A stretch of DNA of 25,229 bases, taken from a virus. Lineage: Duplodnaviria > Caudoviricetes. This document shows, in pieces, positions 8,737 through 15,262 of the stretch (position 1 is its first letter; each line of letters opens with the position of its first letter). Where the stretch lies: positions 1 through 25,229 of the IMG/VR virus record IMGVR_UViG_3300006103_000071; one strand, written 5' to 3'. Position numbers and translations under genes: made by a program. A model generated the notes under the pieces. That model did no database searches. It was not told where the DNA came from and saw only the letters and a program-made list of their open reading frames with translations.

Positions 8737-8998
8737 CTTTTTTAGGCCTTCCTCGCATCTTAGGTGGAATTTTGGCTACTTCTTCCTGAATTTTAGCCCT
8801 TGCCTCGTTAGGTTCATTAGATAAGTCTTGAACCATATACTCAATAACTAAAGGGGCGGCAGCAGACTTCCACTCGCCACACCAATCATTTATTGTTTTA
8901 TTAACAGCCTCAGGAAAACGGTGGCAACGGCCCATAATGTCGGCATTTTTAAAATATCGACAATCTTTACAGCTAACCTTAGAATCAACTCCAGCCAT
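8726..8998 (-). CDS. four-cysteine metal-binding protein (HiPIP-like spacing) with C-terminal RGRPKK
   Basis: CKDC-x11-C-x13-WCGEW; GGAG RBS. Confidence 0.7.
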   Translation of the reverse strand: MAGVDSKVSCKDCRYFKNADIMGRCHRFPEAVNKTINDWCGEWKSAAAPLVIEYMVQDLSNEPNEARAKIQEEVAKIPPKMRGRPKKDAV

Positions 8999-9024
8999 TT
9001 AGTTCTCCGTTTACTAAGTGGTTA

Positions 9025-9061
9025 GAAGGGCTTACAAGTTTCACGTGCTTGTAGGCCCTTC
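9025..9061. promoter_or_regulatory. intergenic 14-bp stem-loop
   Basis: GAAGGGCTTACAAG (9025-9038) / CTTGTAGGCCCTTC (9048-9061), one mismatch, 9-nt loop; no poly-U tail on the coding strand. Confidence 0.6.
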
Positions 9062-9068
9062 GCCTTAA

Positions 9069-9335
9069 TTACATACCGTCTTGTGCATGCTCATAGCGCT
9101 TATGGGAATAGCACTCACGCTCACCCATATTGCCATCATTCAACTCACCGAGCTTGCCTTCAAAGTTGCCAGCATGGCTAATTGGACGGCTGCCCATTGC
9201 ATCAGCCTTGCCCATACCAACTCCGCCAGTAATCTTCATTTTACGCTCACCAGTGGTATCGCTTGACAAAGCACCCTTAGGAACTTTTTCGCCGCTTGCA
9301 CCAGACTTAAATACTTCTGCGTCCATCTTACCCAT
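9069..9335 (-). CDS. Gly/Met-rich hypothetical protein
   Basis: 88 aa; AAAGGAAA RBS; first gene after the putative late promoter. Confidence 0.75.
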   Translation of the reverse strand: MGKMDAEVFKSGASGEKVPKGALSSDTTGERKMKITGGVGMGKADAMGSRPISHAGNFEGKLGELNDGNMGERECYSHKRYEHAQDGM

Positions 9336-9359
9336 AATAATTTCCTTTTGATCAAAAAG

Positions 9360-9410
9360 ACTAGAAAAGTTCTAGTTATATTATTTTGCCTTATTCATTG
9401 GCATTGTCAA
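9360..9410 (-). promoter_or_regulatory. putative leftward (late) promoter with adjacent inverted repeat
   Basis: TTGACA (9405-9410), 16 bp, CAAAAT (9383-9388); ACTAGAA-aag-TTCTAGT at 9360-9376. Confidence 0.4.
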
Positions 9411-9684
9411 GAACTTTCACAATAGTTTTGACACCCTCAATATCATGCACCCTGCAAACCGTTGATCCTTTCCAGTTCATCATAAAAAGATCTTGGGCAG
9501 TTGTAAATTTTGCTTTTTCAGATGATTTAATCTCGACTAAGACTGTTTTACCGTTTTTTCCTATAACCAAATCAGGAAAGCCCATACCAATACGAGATGT
9601 ATCAAATATGCTGCAACCCATATCTTTAAAAGCATTCACGATTTCCTTTTGATTTGCGTCAGTGCGTTTTGCGTAATAAGTCAT
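9391..9684 (-). CDS. VRR-NUC-like PD-(D/E)XK endonuclease / resolvase
   Basis: KRTDANQKEIV...GFPDLVIG...VLVEIKS...TTAQ..F pattern. Confidence 0.78.
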   Translation of the reverse strand: MTYYAKRTDANQKEIVNAFKDMGCSIFDTSRIGMGFPDLVIGKNGKTVLVEIKSSEKAKFTTAQDLFMMNWKGSTVCRVHDIEGVKTIVKVLDNANE

Positions 9685-9738
9685 TGATTTGTTGCAATAA
9701 TAGGTTAGTATTTAGCAACTTTATCACAAAGGAAAATC

Positions 9739-10710
9739 ATGGGATTTACTTCTGAGGTATCTGATCAAGAGTTTATTAAGATTTGGAAAGAGCTTGGATC
9801 TCCAACGCTTGTAGGAGAAAAAATAGGTATAAACCCTAGAAGCGCTATGACCAGGCGTAAAAACATAGAAATTCGTTACAAAATAGAGCTTCCTACTACC
9901 AATTCTTTAAGAGATCCTAAAAAACCTAAAAAGGTAGAGCAAACCCCACATAATGTCCGCCGAGGCATTGATATTGATAAAGTTAAAAGGGCGATTGTAT
10001 TTTCAGACGCTCATTTCACAGATACAACCACCACTGCGTTTAAAGCATTAATAATGATGATTGAGACCTTTAAGCCTGAGGTGATTATATGCAACGGAGA
10101 CGCATTTGACGGCCAAGTTTTATCAAGATTTCCAAGTATTAATTACGACCAAAAGCCTACGGTTCTTGAAGAGCTAAATGCTTGCCGTTATCACTTGGAT
10201 GAAATTGTCAAACACAAGCCGCCTGGTTGCGAGTTAATTTGGACGCTTGGAAACCATGACATGCGCTATGAGTCATGGTTAGTTAATAAAGTGCCTGAAT
10301 ATAGCGGTGTTGATGGGTTTAGCCTTAAATATCACTTTCCTGAATGGAAAACCTGCTGGTCTTATTGGATTGGCGAGGAAACCGTTATAAAGCACCGTTT
10401 TAAGGGCGGTAGAACGGCTGGATATAGTAATTTGATGGCAGCAGGCAATACCAATATTATTACAGGCCATACGCATGTTTTATGCGCATCGCCAATAAGC
10501 AATTATCAAGGAACTTACTGGGGGGTTCAAACTGGCTGCTTAGCAGATCCTTTTTCAAGCACCTTTGAATATTGCGAGGACAGCCCTAAAGATTGGCGCT
10601 CAGGCTTTGTTATGCTTTCATTTGACCAAGGTAGAATGTTAATGCCTGAACTTATTATGGTTAGCGGCGAAGATGAGTTTGAATTCCGAGGCTGTATTAA
10701 TAAAGTATGA
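9739..10710 (+). CDS. calcineurin-like metallophosphoesterase with N-terminal HTH-like extension
   Basis: All five motifs: SDAH, NGDAFD, GNHD, KH, GHTH; AAAGGAAA RBS. Confidence 0.88.
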   Translation: MGFTSEVSDQEFIKIWKELGSPTLVGEKIGINPRSAMTRRKNIEIRYKIELPTTNSLRDPKKPKKVEQTPHNVRRGIDIDKVKRAIVFSDAHFTDTTTTAFKALIMMIETFKPEVIICNGDAFDGQVLSRFPSINYDQKPTVLEELNACRYHLDEIVKHKPPGCELIWTLGNHDMRYESWLVNKVPEYSGVDGFSLKYHFPEWKTCWSYWIGEETVIKHRFKGGRTAGYSNLMAAGNTNIITGHTHVLCASPISNYQGTYWGVQTGCLADPFSSTFEYCEDSPKDWRSGFVMLSFDQGRMLMPELIMVSGEDEFEFRGCINKV

Positions 10711-11054
10711 AGATCACTCCCAAAATATTAGAAAGCATTTATTTAACTTTAGCTAAATGCGAGCCATTTATTAAATGGGATTTGCCGCCTAGTGAATTGT
10801 GTCGGTTTGAAATTGTTGATGATCACCAGGTTATGGCAACTTATGAATATGATGAATCAATGGCCAAACCTCATATTTTTTGTATATCTAAAGCTCGTTG
10901 TGGTTTTTTTGACACAGTTGTCAGAAGCATGGCCCATGAAATAGTGCATTGCAGTAGACACAAATCAGGCAAGTGGAATTTGCACGATGCTACTTTTAAA
11001 AGGCGCAAAATGCTTGTCGGTCAATGCCTTGGTTTTGATGGCCACGAATTGTAA
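10707..11054 (+). CDS. small zincin-like (SprT-like) metallopeptidase
   Basis: MAHEIVH (HExxH) followed by H-D-A-T-F; ATGA-type overlap with the phosphoesterase. Confidence 0.68.
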   Translation: MKITPKILESIYLTLAKCEPFIKWDLPPSELCRFEIVDDHQVMATYEYDESMAKPHIFCISKARCGFFDTVVRSMAHEIVHCSRHKSGKWNLHDATFKRRKMLVGQCLGFDGHEL

Positions 11055-11086
11055 AGTTATTATACTGTTTTTGTAAAGTGTAATAA

Positions 11087-11230
11087 TTATTTAGCCATAA
11101 AATACAAGCCAATATTGGCAGTGGCATACGATATATAAGTTATGCCCATCGGTAGATTGCCTTTAAATACTTGCTCTGCACCAATATAAAAGTAAATCAA
11201 ACCTGTCAAAATAATAAGCCAGCTACTCAT
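11087..11230 (-). CDS. small two-helix membrane protein (47 aa), not in ORF track
   Basis: Manual translation MSSWLIILTGLIYFYIGAEQVFKGNLPMGITYISYATANIGLYFMAK; start overlaps the upstream stop. Confidence 0.7.
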   Translation of the reverse strand: MSSWLIILTGLIYFYIGAEQVFKGNLPMGITYISYATANIGLYFMAK

Positions 11231-11493
11231 TCCAGTTCCACGAGTTTATCTTCGAGGTCAAAGCCCCAGTGTTTTTGAAATCCTTTAGCTCCAAGCTGGT
11301 GAATTGAATCCTTGAAGTGTCTATGATGTCCAGCACAGAGCGGCACTGCTGATGCTTTATCTCGCTGCCCTCCAAAACGTCGGATGTGATGGATTTCGAC
11401 TGGCATGTCAGGGTCGCTGAATCCAAGGTGCTTGCATAGGACACAGCCATATCTCGCCAGCTTCGCATAATTTTCCTTTTCTGCTTTTTTCAT
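11227..11493 (-). CDS. Ref-like (recombination enhancement) HNH nuclease
   Basis: GCVLC...EIHHIR...VPLCAGHHR...IHQLG..GF..HWG. Confidence 0.75.
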   Translation of the reverse strand: MKKAEKENYAKLARYGCVLCKHLGFSDPDMPVEIHHIRRFGGQRDKASAVPLCAGHHRHFKDSIHQLGAKGFQKHWGFDLEDKLVELE

Positions 11494-11921
11494 TAATACA
11501 CTTGGGTTAAATCAACATATTTAAAAAGTTCAAGAGGCACATCGTAATAAAACTCATGCTTTTCATTATCCTTTAACTCAACCTGAGGATGAGAAAATAC
11601 TTTACTGCCCTTGATCCAATACGCATGCTTCATGCAATGCGTTAGCGCAAAGAATAATGTATTTTCTACCTCTAACATGTGTTTTTTACGGCCAGGCACA
11701 TGAATAGTTTTAAAAGGGCAATACGGTGTCCAAGAGCGAACCTCTACCTCAACAAAGCCTACATGTTTACCTGCACGATAAATTACAAGATCCGTTCCAT
11801 AAATATCAGGATTATCAACAGCGTCAACACCCCAAATATTATTTAACCAAGCGGTTACAGCCGCTCTAGCAGGCGGATCATATCGGTCATGCAACCCTTG
11901 ATCAAACTTTTTTATTCGCAT
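11493..11921 (-). CDS. hypothetical protein, probable PD-(D/E)XK-fold nuclease
   Basis: YGTDLVI...FVEVEVR restriction-endonuclease-like core; ATG at 11921 preferred. Confidence 0.55.
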   Translation of the reverse strand: MRIKKFDQGLHDRYDPPARAAVTAWLNNIWGVDAVDNPDIYGTDLVIYRAGKHVGFVEVEVRSWTPYCPFKTIHVPGRKKHMLEVENTLFFALTHCMKHAYWIKGSKVFSHPQVELKDNEKHEFYYDVPLELFKYVDLTQVY

Positions 11922-12072
11922 GTTCGCCTGCAAAATCTTGCAATATCAGGGCCATTTCTACCATGTCTGTGGCAATCTCATAGGCTCTATCGTTATTTTT
12001 TTTCAACATCAAATCATGATATTTTTTTAATAAACTGTTTAATACAATGTAAGGCAAAGAATAGTCTTTCAT
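11902..12072 (-). CDS. hypothetical protein (56 aa), not in ORF track
   Basis: Manual translation MKDYSLPYIVLNSLLKKYHDLMLKKNNDRAYEIATDMVEMALILQDFAGEHANKKV; GGAG RBS; fills gap. Confidence 0.65.
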   Translation of the reverse strand: MKDYSLPYIVLNSLLKKYHDLMLKKNNDRAYEIATDMVEMALILQDFAGEHANKKV

Positions 12073-12269
12073 TTGGTGCTTCCTCCAAAAAGTTGTGCTT
12101 CTAAGTATTTAACGCTGCCCTGAAAGCAATCGTTCCATTTATTGAACCAGTAGTTGGTTTCCGTCCTATACTGCTCAATTTCTTGATATTGAAATTTAAT
12201 AAACTCAATAATTTCTTGTTCATTGATCTCTTCTAAATAATCAACAATTTGCTCTAAACTGCGCTTCAT
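12069..12269 (-). CDS. hypothetical protein
   Basis: 66 aa; 4-bp overlaps at both ends. Confidence 0.65.
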   Translation of the reverse strand: MKRSLEQIVDYLEEINEQEIIEFIKFQYQEIEQYRTETNYWFNKWNDCFQGSVKYLEAQLFGGSTK

Positions 12270-12601
12270 ACACTTCCCTTTCTGCGGTTTGCACTAAGTG
12301 TTTGCCATATTTCTGTAATACGAATCTCATGCTGCCGTTTGTTATCTAAGGTTTTAAATTCTTTAAAAGTATCGGTCCATTCTTCTACTGCTTTGCTGTA
12401 AGAAGGGCTGTCTAGCGCCTGGGCTTCTCGTTCCGCTACTGTTCCTTGAGAAAGCAAAAATGCATGGGCTTTAGCTTGTTTAATCCACTCTTCTAATCGT
12501 TTAACCTCGCCAGCTAAGATCGCATGGTCTTCATCGGTAGAAGATAAAAATATCAAAGCCTTCTCTACTCGGCTATCGTTTAAATGCTCTAAATCACTCA
12601 T
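12266..12601 (-). CDS. helical hypothetical phage protein
   Basis: 111 aa; GTVAEREAQA...IWQTLSANRRKG; GGAG RBS; coupled overlaps. Confidence 0.75.
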   Translation of the reverse strand: MSDLEHLNDSRVEKALIFLSSTDEDHAILAGEVKRLEEWIKQAKAHAFLLSQGTVAEREAQALDSPSYSKAVEEWTDTFKEFKTLDNKRQHEIRITEIWQTLSANRRKGSV

Positions 12602-12807
12602 CTCCAGTCACCCATCCTTCCTCTATTCCCCTTCTTCCATTGGTCCGATACGTCAGGTAAGATTCTTGCAAGTCGTGGGCCAAATCGAGGAGATCGTAAA
12701 TACTCTCTGAAGCGCTGTAATCCCTGCTCGTTTCTGAATCTAAGAAGCCATCGAACTTCGCACTGGTGACGATATTCTTCGCTGCTTTTGAAGTCTTTTT
12801 CATTCAA
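12598..12807 (-). CDS. hypothetical protein downstream of replication gene
   Basis: TTG start overlapping the DUF1376 stop; EEYRHQCEVRWLL...QWKKGNRG..GDWR. Confidence 0.65.
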   Translation of the reverse strand: MNEKDFKSSEEYRHQCEVRWLLRFRNEQGLQRFREYLRSPRFGPRLARILPDVSDQWKKGNRGRMGDWR

Positions 12808-13577
12808 TTTGCCGCCTTTCTTTTCTCACGTTGAGCTACGATAAAATTCCGCATTTCGTAATAAGAGTTAAACCTGGCCTTTGAAGGGTCACCACACTCG
12901 GCCCTGTAAGCCGCCTCAATTTGAGCATCTGTTCCTAAGGGTAATTCTTTTGTTTTGGTAACAGGATCGATGTTTTCTACCCAATCTGCTTTAAATCCTC
13001 GCCAGCCTCTTTGACAGCAAAGTTCCATAACAGCCTCTAGGGTCATCTTGGCTTTTTGAGCCTCTTTTGTTAAACCTTTTAAAGCCGTCTCAGTTAAAGG
13101 CGCTTTGTGGCTTTTACGCAACTTTAAGAAATCCTGAAAAACCGAATCACTAACCCCTTCAGGGGTCTTAGTATTTATTTGGTTCTTGGTTCTTGGTTCA
13201 TGGTTCTTGGTTGGCTTTGGGGGGTGTTTAGGGGGGCTATCGCTAGGCAATAGGGTAGGTAGTTCCTTGTTCCAACGTTTAGCCGCTCCTTTGCGCCCAC
13301 CCTCGGCCATCGCCTTATAGCGTAAAAGCTCCTCAGTGGCTCTTTTGTTGGTCCATGCTACCTTGGCCTCATCTAGCTCAAAAAACTCGCCCAAAACCGC
13401 TAAAACAGCCTCCTGTTTCGATTTGGTTCGCCTAGCGAGAGTGGGTATGTCGTTAATCAAGGGTTTCTCGGTCAAATAGTAAAGATCAATCAATCGTCTG
13501 TAGGCTAAATCTTCTTCATTCGTTAGATGGGCTGTGTGGCTAATGTAGTCACCTATGTGAAATGGATAAAAGTTCAT
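12804..13577 (-). CDS. DUF1376/YdaU-family replication initiator-like protein
   Basis: MNFYPFHIGDY...HLTNEEDLAYRRLIDLYY N-terminal domain; low-complexity linker; FLKLRK..KAPLT...RGWRGFKADW C-terminal domain; follows the cro-like gene. Confidence 0.85.
   Translation of the reverse strand: MNFYPFHIGDYISHTAHLTNEEDLAYRRLIDLYYLTEKPLINDIPTLARRTKSKQEAVLAVLGEFFELDEAKVAWTNKRATEELLRYKAMAEGGRKGAAKRWNKELPTLLPSDSPPKHPPKPTKNHEPRTKNQINTKTPEGVSDSVFQDFLKLRKSHKAPLTETALKGLTKEAQKAKMTLEAVMELCCQRGWRGFKADWVENIDPVTKTKELPLGTDAQIEAAYRAECGDPSKARFNSYYEMRNFIVAQREKRKAAN
13179..13213. repeat. tandem heptamer (TTGGTTC) x5, candidate replication origin element
   Basis: TTGGTTC TTGGTTC TTGGTTC ATGGTTC TTGGTTG within the linker of the replication gene. 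Confidence 0.75.
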
Positions 13578-13579
13578 GT

Positions 13580-13777
13580 TTAGCCCTGGAAAAGATCAGG
13601 GCGCAACAATTCCTTGGTTAAACGGCCTTCTGATAGCCGTTCTAGGGTTTTTATATGCTTTAGCGGAATCTGCCGTCTAGCCACCCACTGATATACAGAA
13701 GACTCCCTAATTCCTAGCTGGTGAGCTAAATTTGCCAAAGAACCGAACTCCATTTTCAACTCGTAAAACTGATTCAT
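13580..13777 (-). CDS. Cro/YdaS-like HTH transcriptional regulator
   Basis: FGSLANLAHQLGIRESSVYQW...IP...LSEGRLTKELLRPDLF; AAGGAG RBS. Confidence 0.85.
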   Translation of the reverse strand: MNQFYELKMEFGSLANLAHQLGIRESSVYQWVARRQIPLKHIKTLERLSEGRLTKELLRPDLFQG

Positions 13778-13804
13778 GTAGTAATTCTCCTTCTATTTGT
13801 CGCA

Positions 13805-13897
13805 AGAATACCATGTTTTGGTAAAAAGCAACAAATAAAATTATTAGGGATTGTCCTAATATAAAAGTCGACATTTCTACGACTTTTAAGGTATAGT
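13805..13897. promoter_or_regulatory. divergent early promoter/operator region
   Basis: Rightward TCGACA (13868-13873), 18 bp, TATAGT (13892-13897); leftward extended -10 TG-G-TATTCT (13805-13813); palindromes at 13842-13861 and 13862-13888. Confidence 0.6.
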
Positions 13898-13941
13898 TCT
13901 CCTAGCAGTAAATTTTTTAACAAGTGAAGAAGGGAAAGCAA

Positions 13942-14022
13942 ATGAAAACAGCAATTATTGAAATAGTCGGTGTAATACTTCTAGGCATACTTCTAGGCTG
14001 CATGTTTGGGTGGGGGTTCTAA
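13942..14022 (+). CDS. 26-aa hydrophobic peptide, not in ORF track
   Basis: MKTAIIEIVGVILLGILLGCMFGWGF; AAGGGAAAG RBS; stop 2 bp before next ATG. Confidence 0.6.
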   Translation: MKTAIIEIVGVILLGILLGCMFGWGF

Positions 14023-14024
14023 TC

Positions 14025-14318
14025 ATGGGAATGTCTAGACACGATGCGTATTACGAACCTGACGATTACGATGACCGCACCGATGAAATAGAAGAGCGCA
14101 CTTGGGAGCTTCTAAAAGTCGGCGGTAAATTCGATTACAAAACTACCAGCGCTATTGCAGAAATGCTTTCAGAGCTTGGGGTTGACGATTCCAAGGCCAT
14201 CCAAGACGTTATTGATTCAGGTGATTACGAGGCACTTGGTAGAAAACTAATTTCTTTGTCTTGCGATTACCACGAACGCTATGCCAGAGAAATTGCCGAG
14301 TTTGAAATTAACGATTGA
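14025..14318 (+). CDS. acidic hypothetical protein
   Basis: MGMSRHDAYYEPDDYDD...; ATG 14025 preferred over the upstream TTG. Confidence 0.7.
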   Translation: MGMSRHDAYYEPDDYDDRTDEIEERTWELLKVGGKFDYKTTSAIAEMLSELGVDDSKAIQDVIDSGDYEALGRKLISLSCDYHERYAREIAEFEIND

Positions 14319-14328
14319 GGAGTAAGTG

Positions 14329-14562
14329 ATGACCAAGAAAAAAACCGAGTATTGCCCTAAAACGCAGGCCCTTTGGGAAATGTATAACTGGCATGAGGAA
14401 CATACCGCCATGTTAATAATTCTTAGGGAATATTTAAGCAATCCGCATTACACCAAGTTTTTTGCTGAAAGCATGATCAATAGAATGATTAGCGATCAAA
14501 TTACCAACCAGTTTGACATGATGAATACAGCCAAAATTGAATTAGGAGCAAGTGATGAGTAA
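14329..14562 (+). CDS. hypothetical protein
   Basis: GAGGAG RBS; overlaps the next gene. Confidence 0.7.
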   Translation: MTKKKTEYCPKTQALWEMYNWHEEHTAMLIILREYLSNPHYTKFFAESMINRMISDQITNQFDMMNTAKIELGASDE

Positions 14563-15121
14563 ATTTTTAGAATTACGCAAGATTAATGTAAATGAACACA
14601 CAGACCGCAAAGGCAAATTTACATATTTAAGTTGGGCCTGGGCGGTAGATCAGTTATTGCAGCAAGATCCAGGGGCTACTTGGGATTACAAACTATTCCA
14701 ACAGCCTGATGGGTCTTTATTGCCTTATTGCGCTATTGGCGATACAGGCATGGTATTTTGCACAGTGCATGCCTTTGGCAAATCTATGACCGCACAATTA
14801 CCTGTTTTAAACCACCAAAACAAAGCCATAGCTAATCCAAACGCAATGGATGTGAATACTGCCATGCAAAGATGCCTTGCGAAAGCTATTGCCCTTCATG
14901 GATTATCTCTATACATATATGCAGGAGAAGACGTTCCTGATGAAGATATTCCTGATTTAGCGGAAGAGGCTGCCAAATGGGAGCTAGCTATTAGCGGTTG
15001 CAAGACTTTAGATGAGTTAAAAGAAATATACGGCGCTGCCTATAAAGCCTTATCTAAAGATAAATCCGCAGTAGACCGCATTTCTAAGGCAAAAGACGTC
15101 AAAAAGGCGGAACTATCATGA
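14555..15121 (+). CDS. single-strand annealing protein, Sak3/DUF1071 (Rad52-like)
   Basis: INVNEHTDRKGKFTYLSWAWA...LPVLNHQNKAI..PNAMDVNTAMQRCLAKAIALHGLSLYIYAGED. Confidence 0.85.
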   Translation: MSKFLELRKINVNEHTDRKGKFTYLSWAWAVDQLLQQDPGATWDYKLFQQPDGSLLPYCAIGDTGMVFCTVHAFGKSMTAQLPVLNHQNKAIANPNAMDVNTAMQRCLAKAIALHGLSLYIYAGEDVPDEDIPDLAEEAAKWELAISGCKTLDELKEIYGAAYKALSKDKSAVDRISKAKDVKKAELS

Positions 15122-15261
15122 TTGAATCTTTAGTAAAGCCTAGCCCTTTAGATAACGATGTAGCCGTCATGAAAATACTACAGCTTATGGGCCAAATTAG
15201 CCTGCGAGACCTCGAGTATGTTTTAAAAGTAGTGGCTGCCGTCTATAAAAAGGTTTCCTAA
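15118..15261 (+). CDS. hypothetical protein (47 aa), not in ORF track
   Basis: MIESLVKPSPLDNDVAVMKILQLMGQISLRDLEYVLKVVAAVYKKVS; ATGA overlap; ends 1 bp before the exonuclease. Confidence 0.65.
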   Translation: MIESLVKPSPLDNDVAVMKILQLMGQISLRDLEYVLKVVAAVYKKVS

Positions 15262-15262
15262 C

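Noticed and set aside
9025-9061. Hairpin as a rho-independent terminator or tRNA fragment
   Set aside because: No U-tract on the coding strand and no cloverleaf or T-loop; kept only as a generic structured element
11223-11468. 81-aa alternate-frame ORF over the Ref-like gene
   Set aside because: The other frame has the complete CxxC/HH/CxxHH motif set
13179-13213. Heptamer array as CRISPR or phase-variable repeat
   Set aside because: No spacers; unit changes would frameshift a probably essential gene, and the units are degenerate
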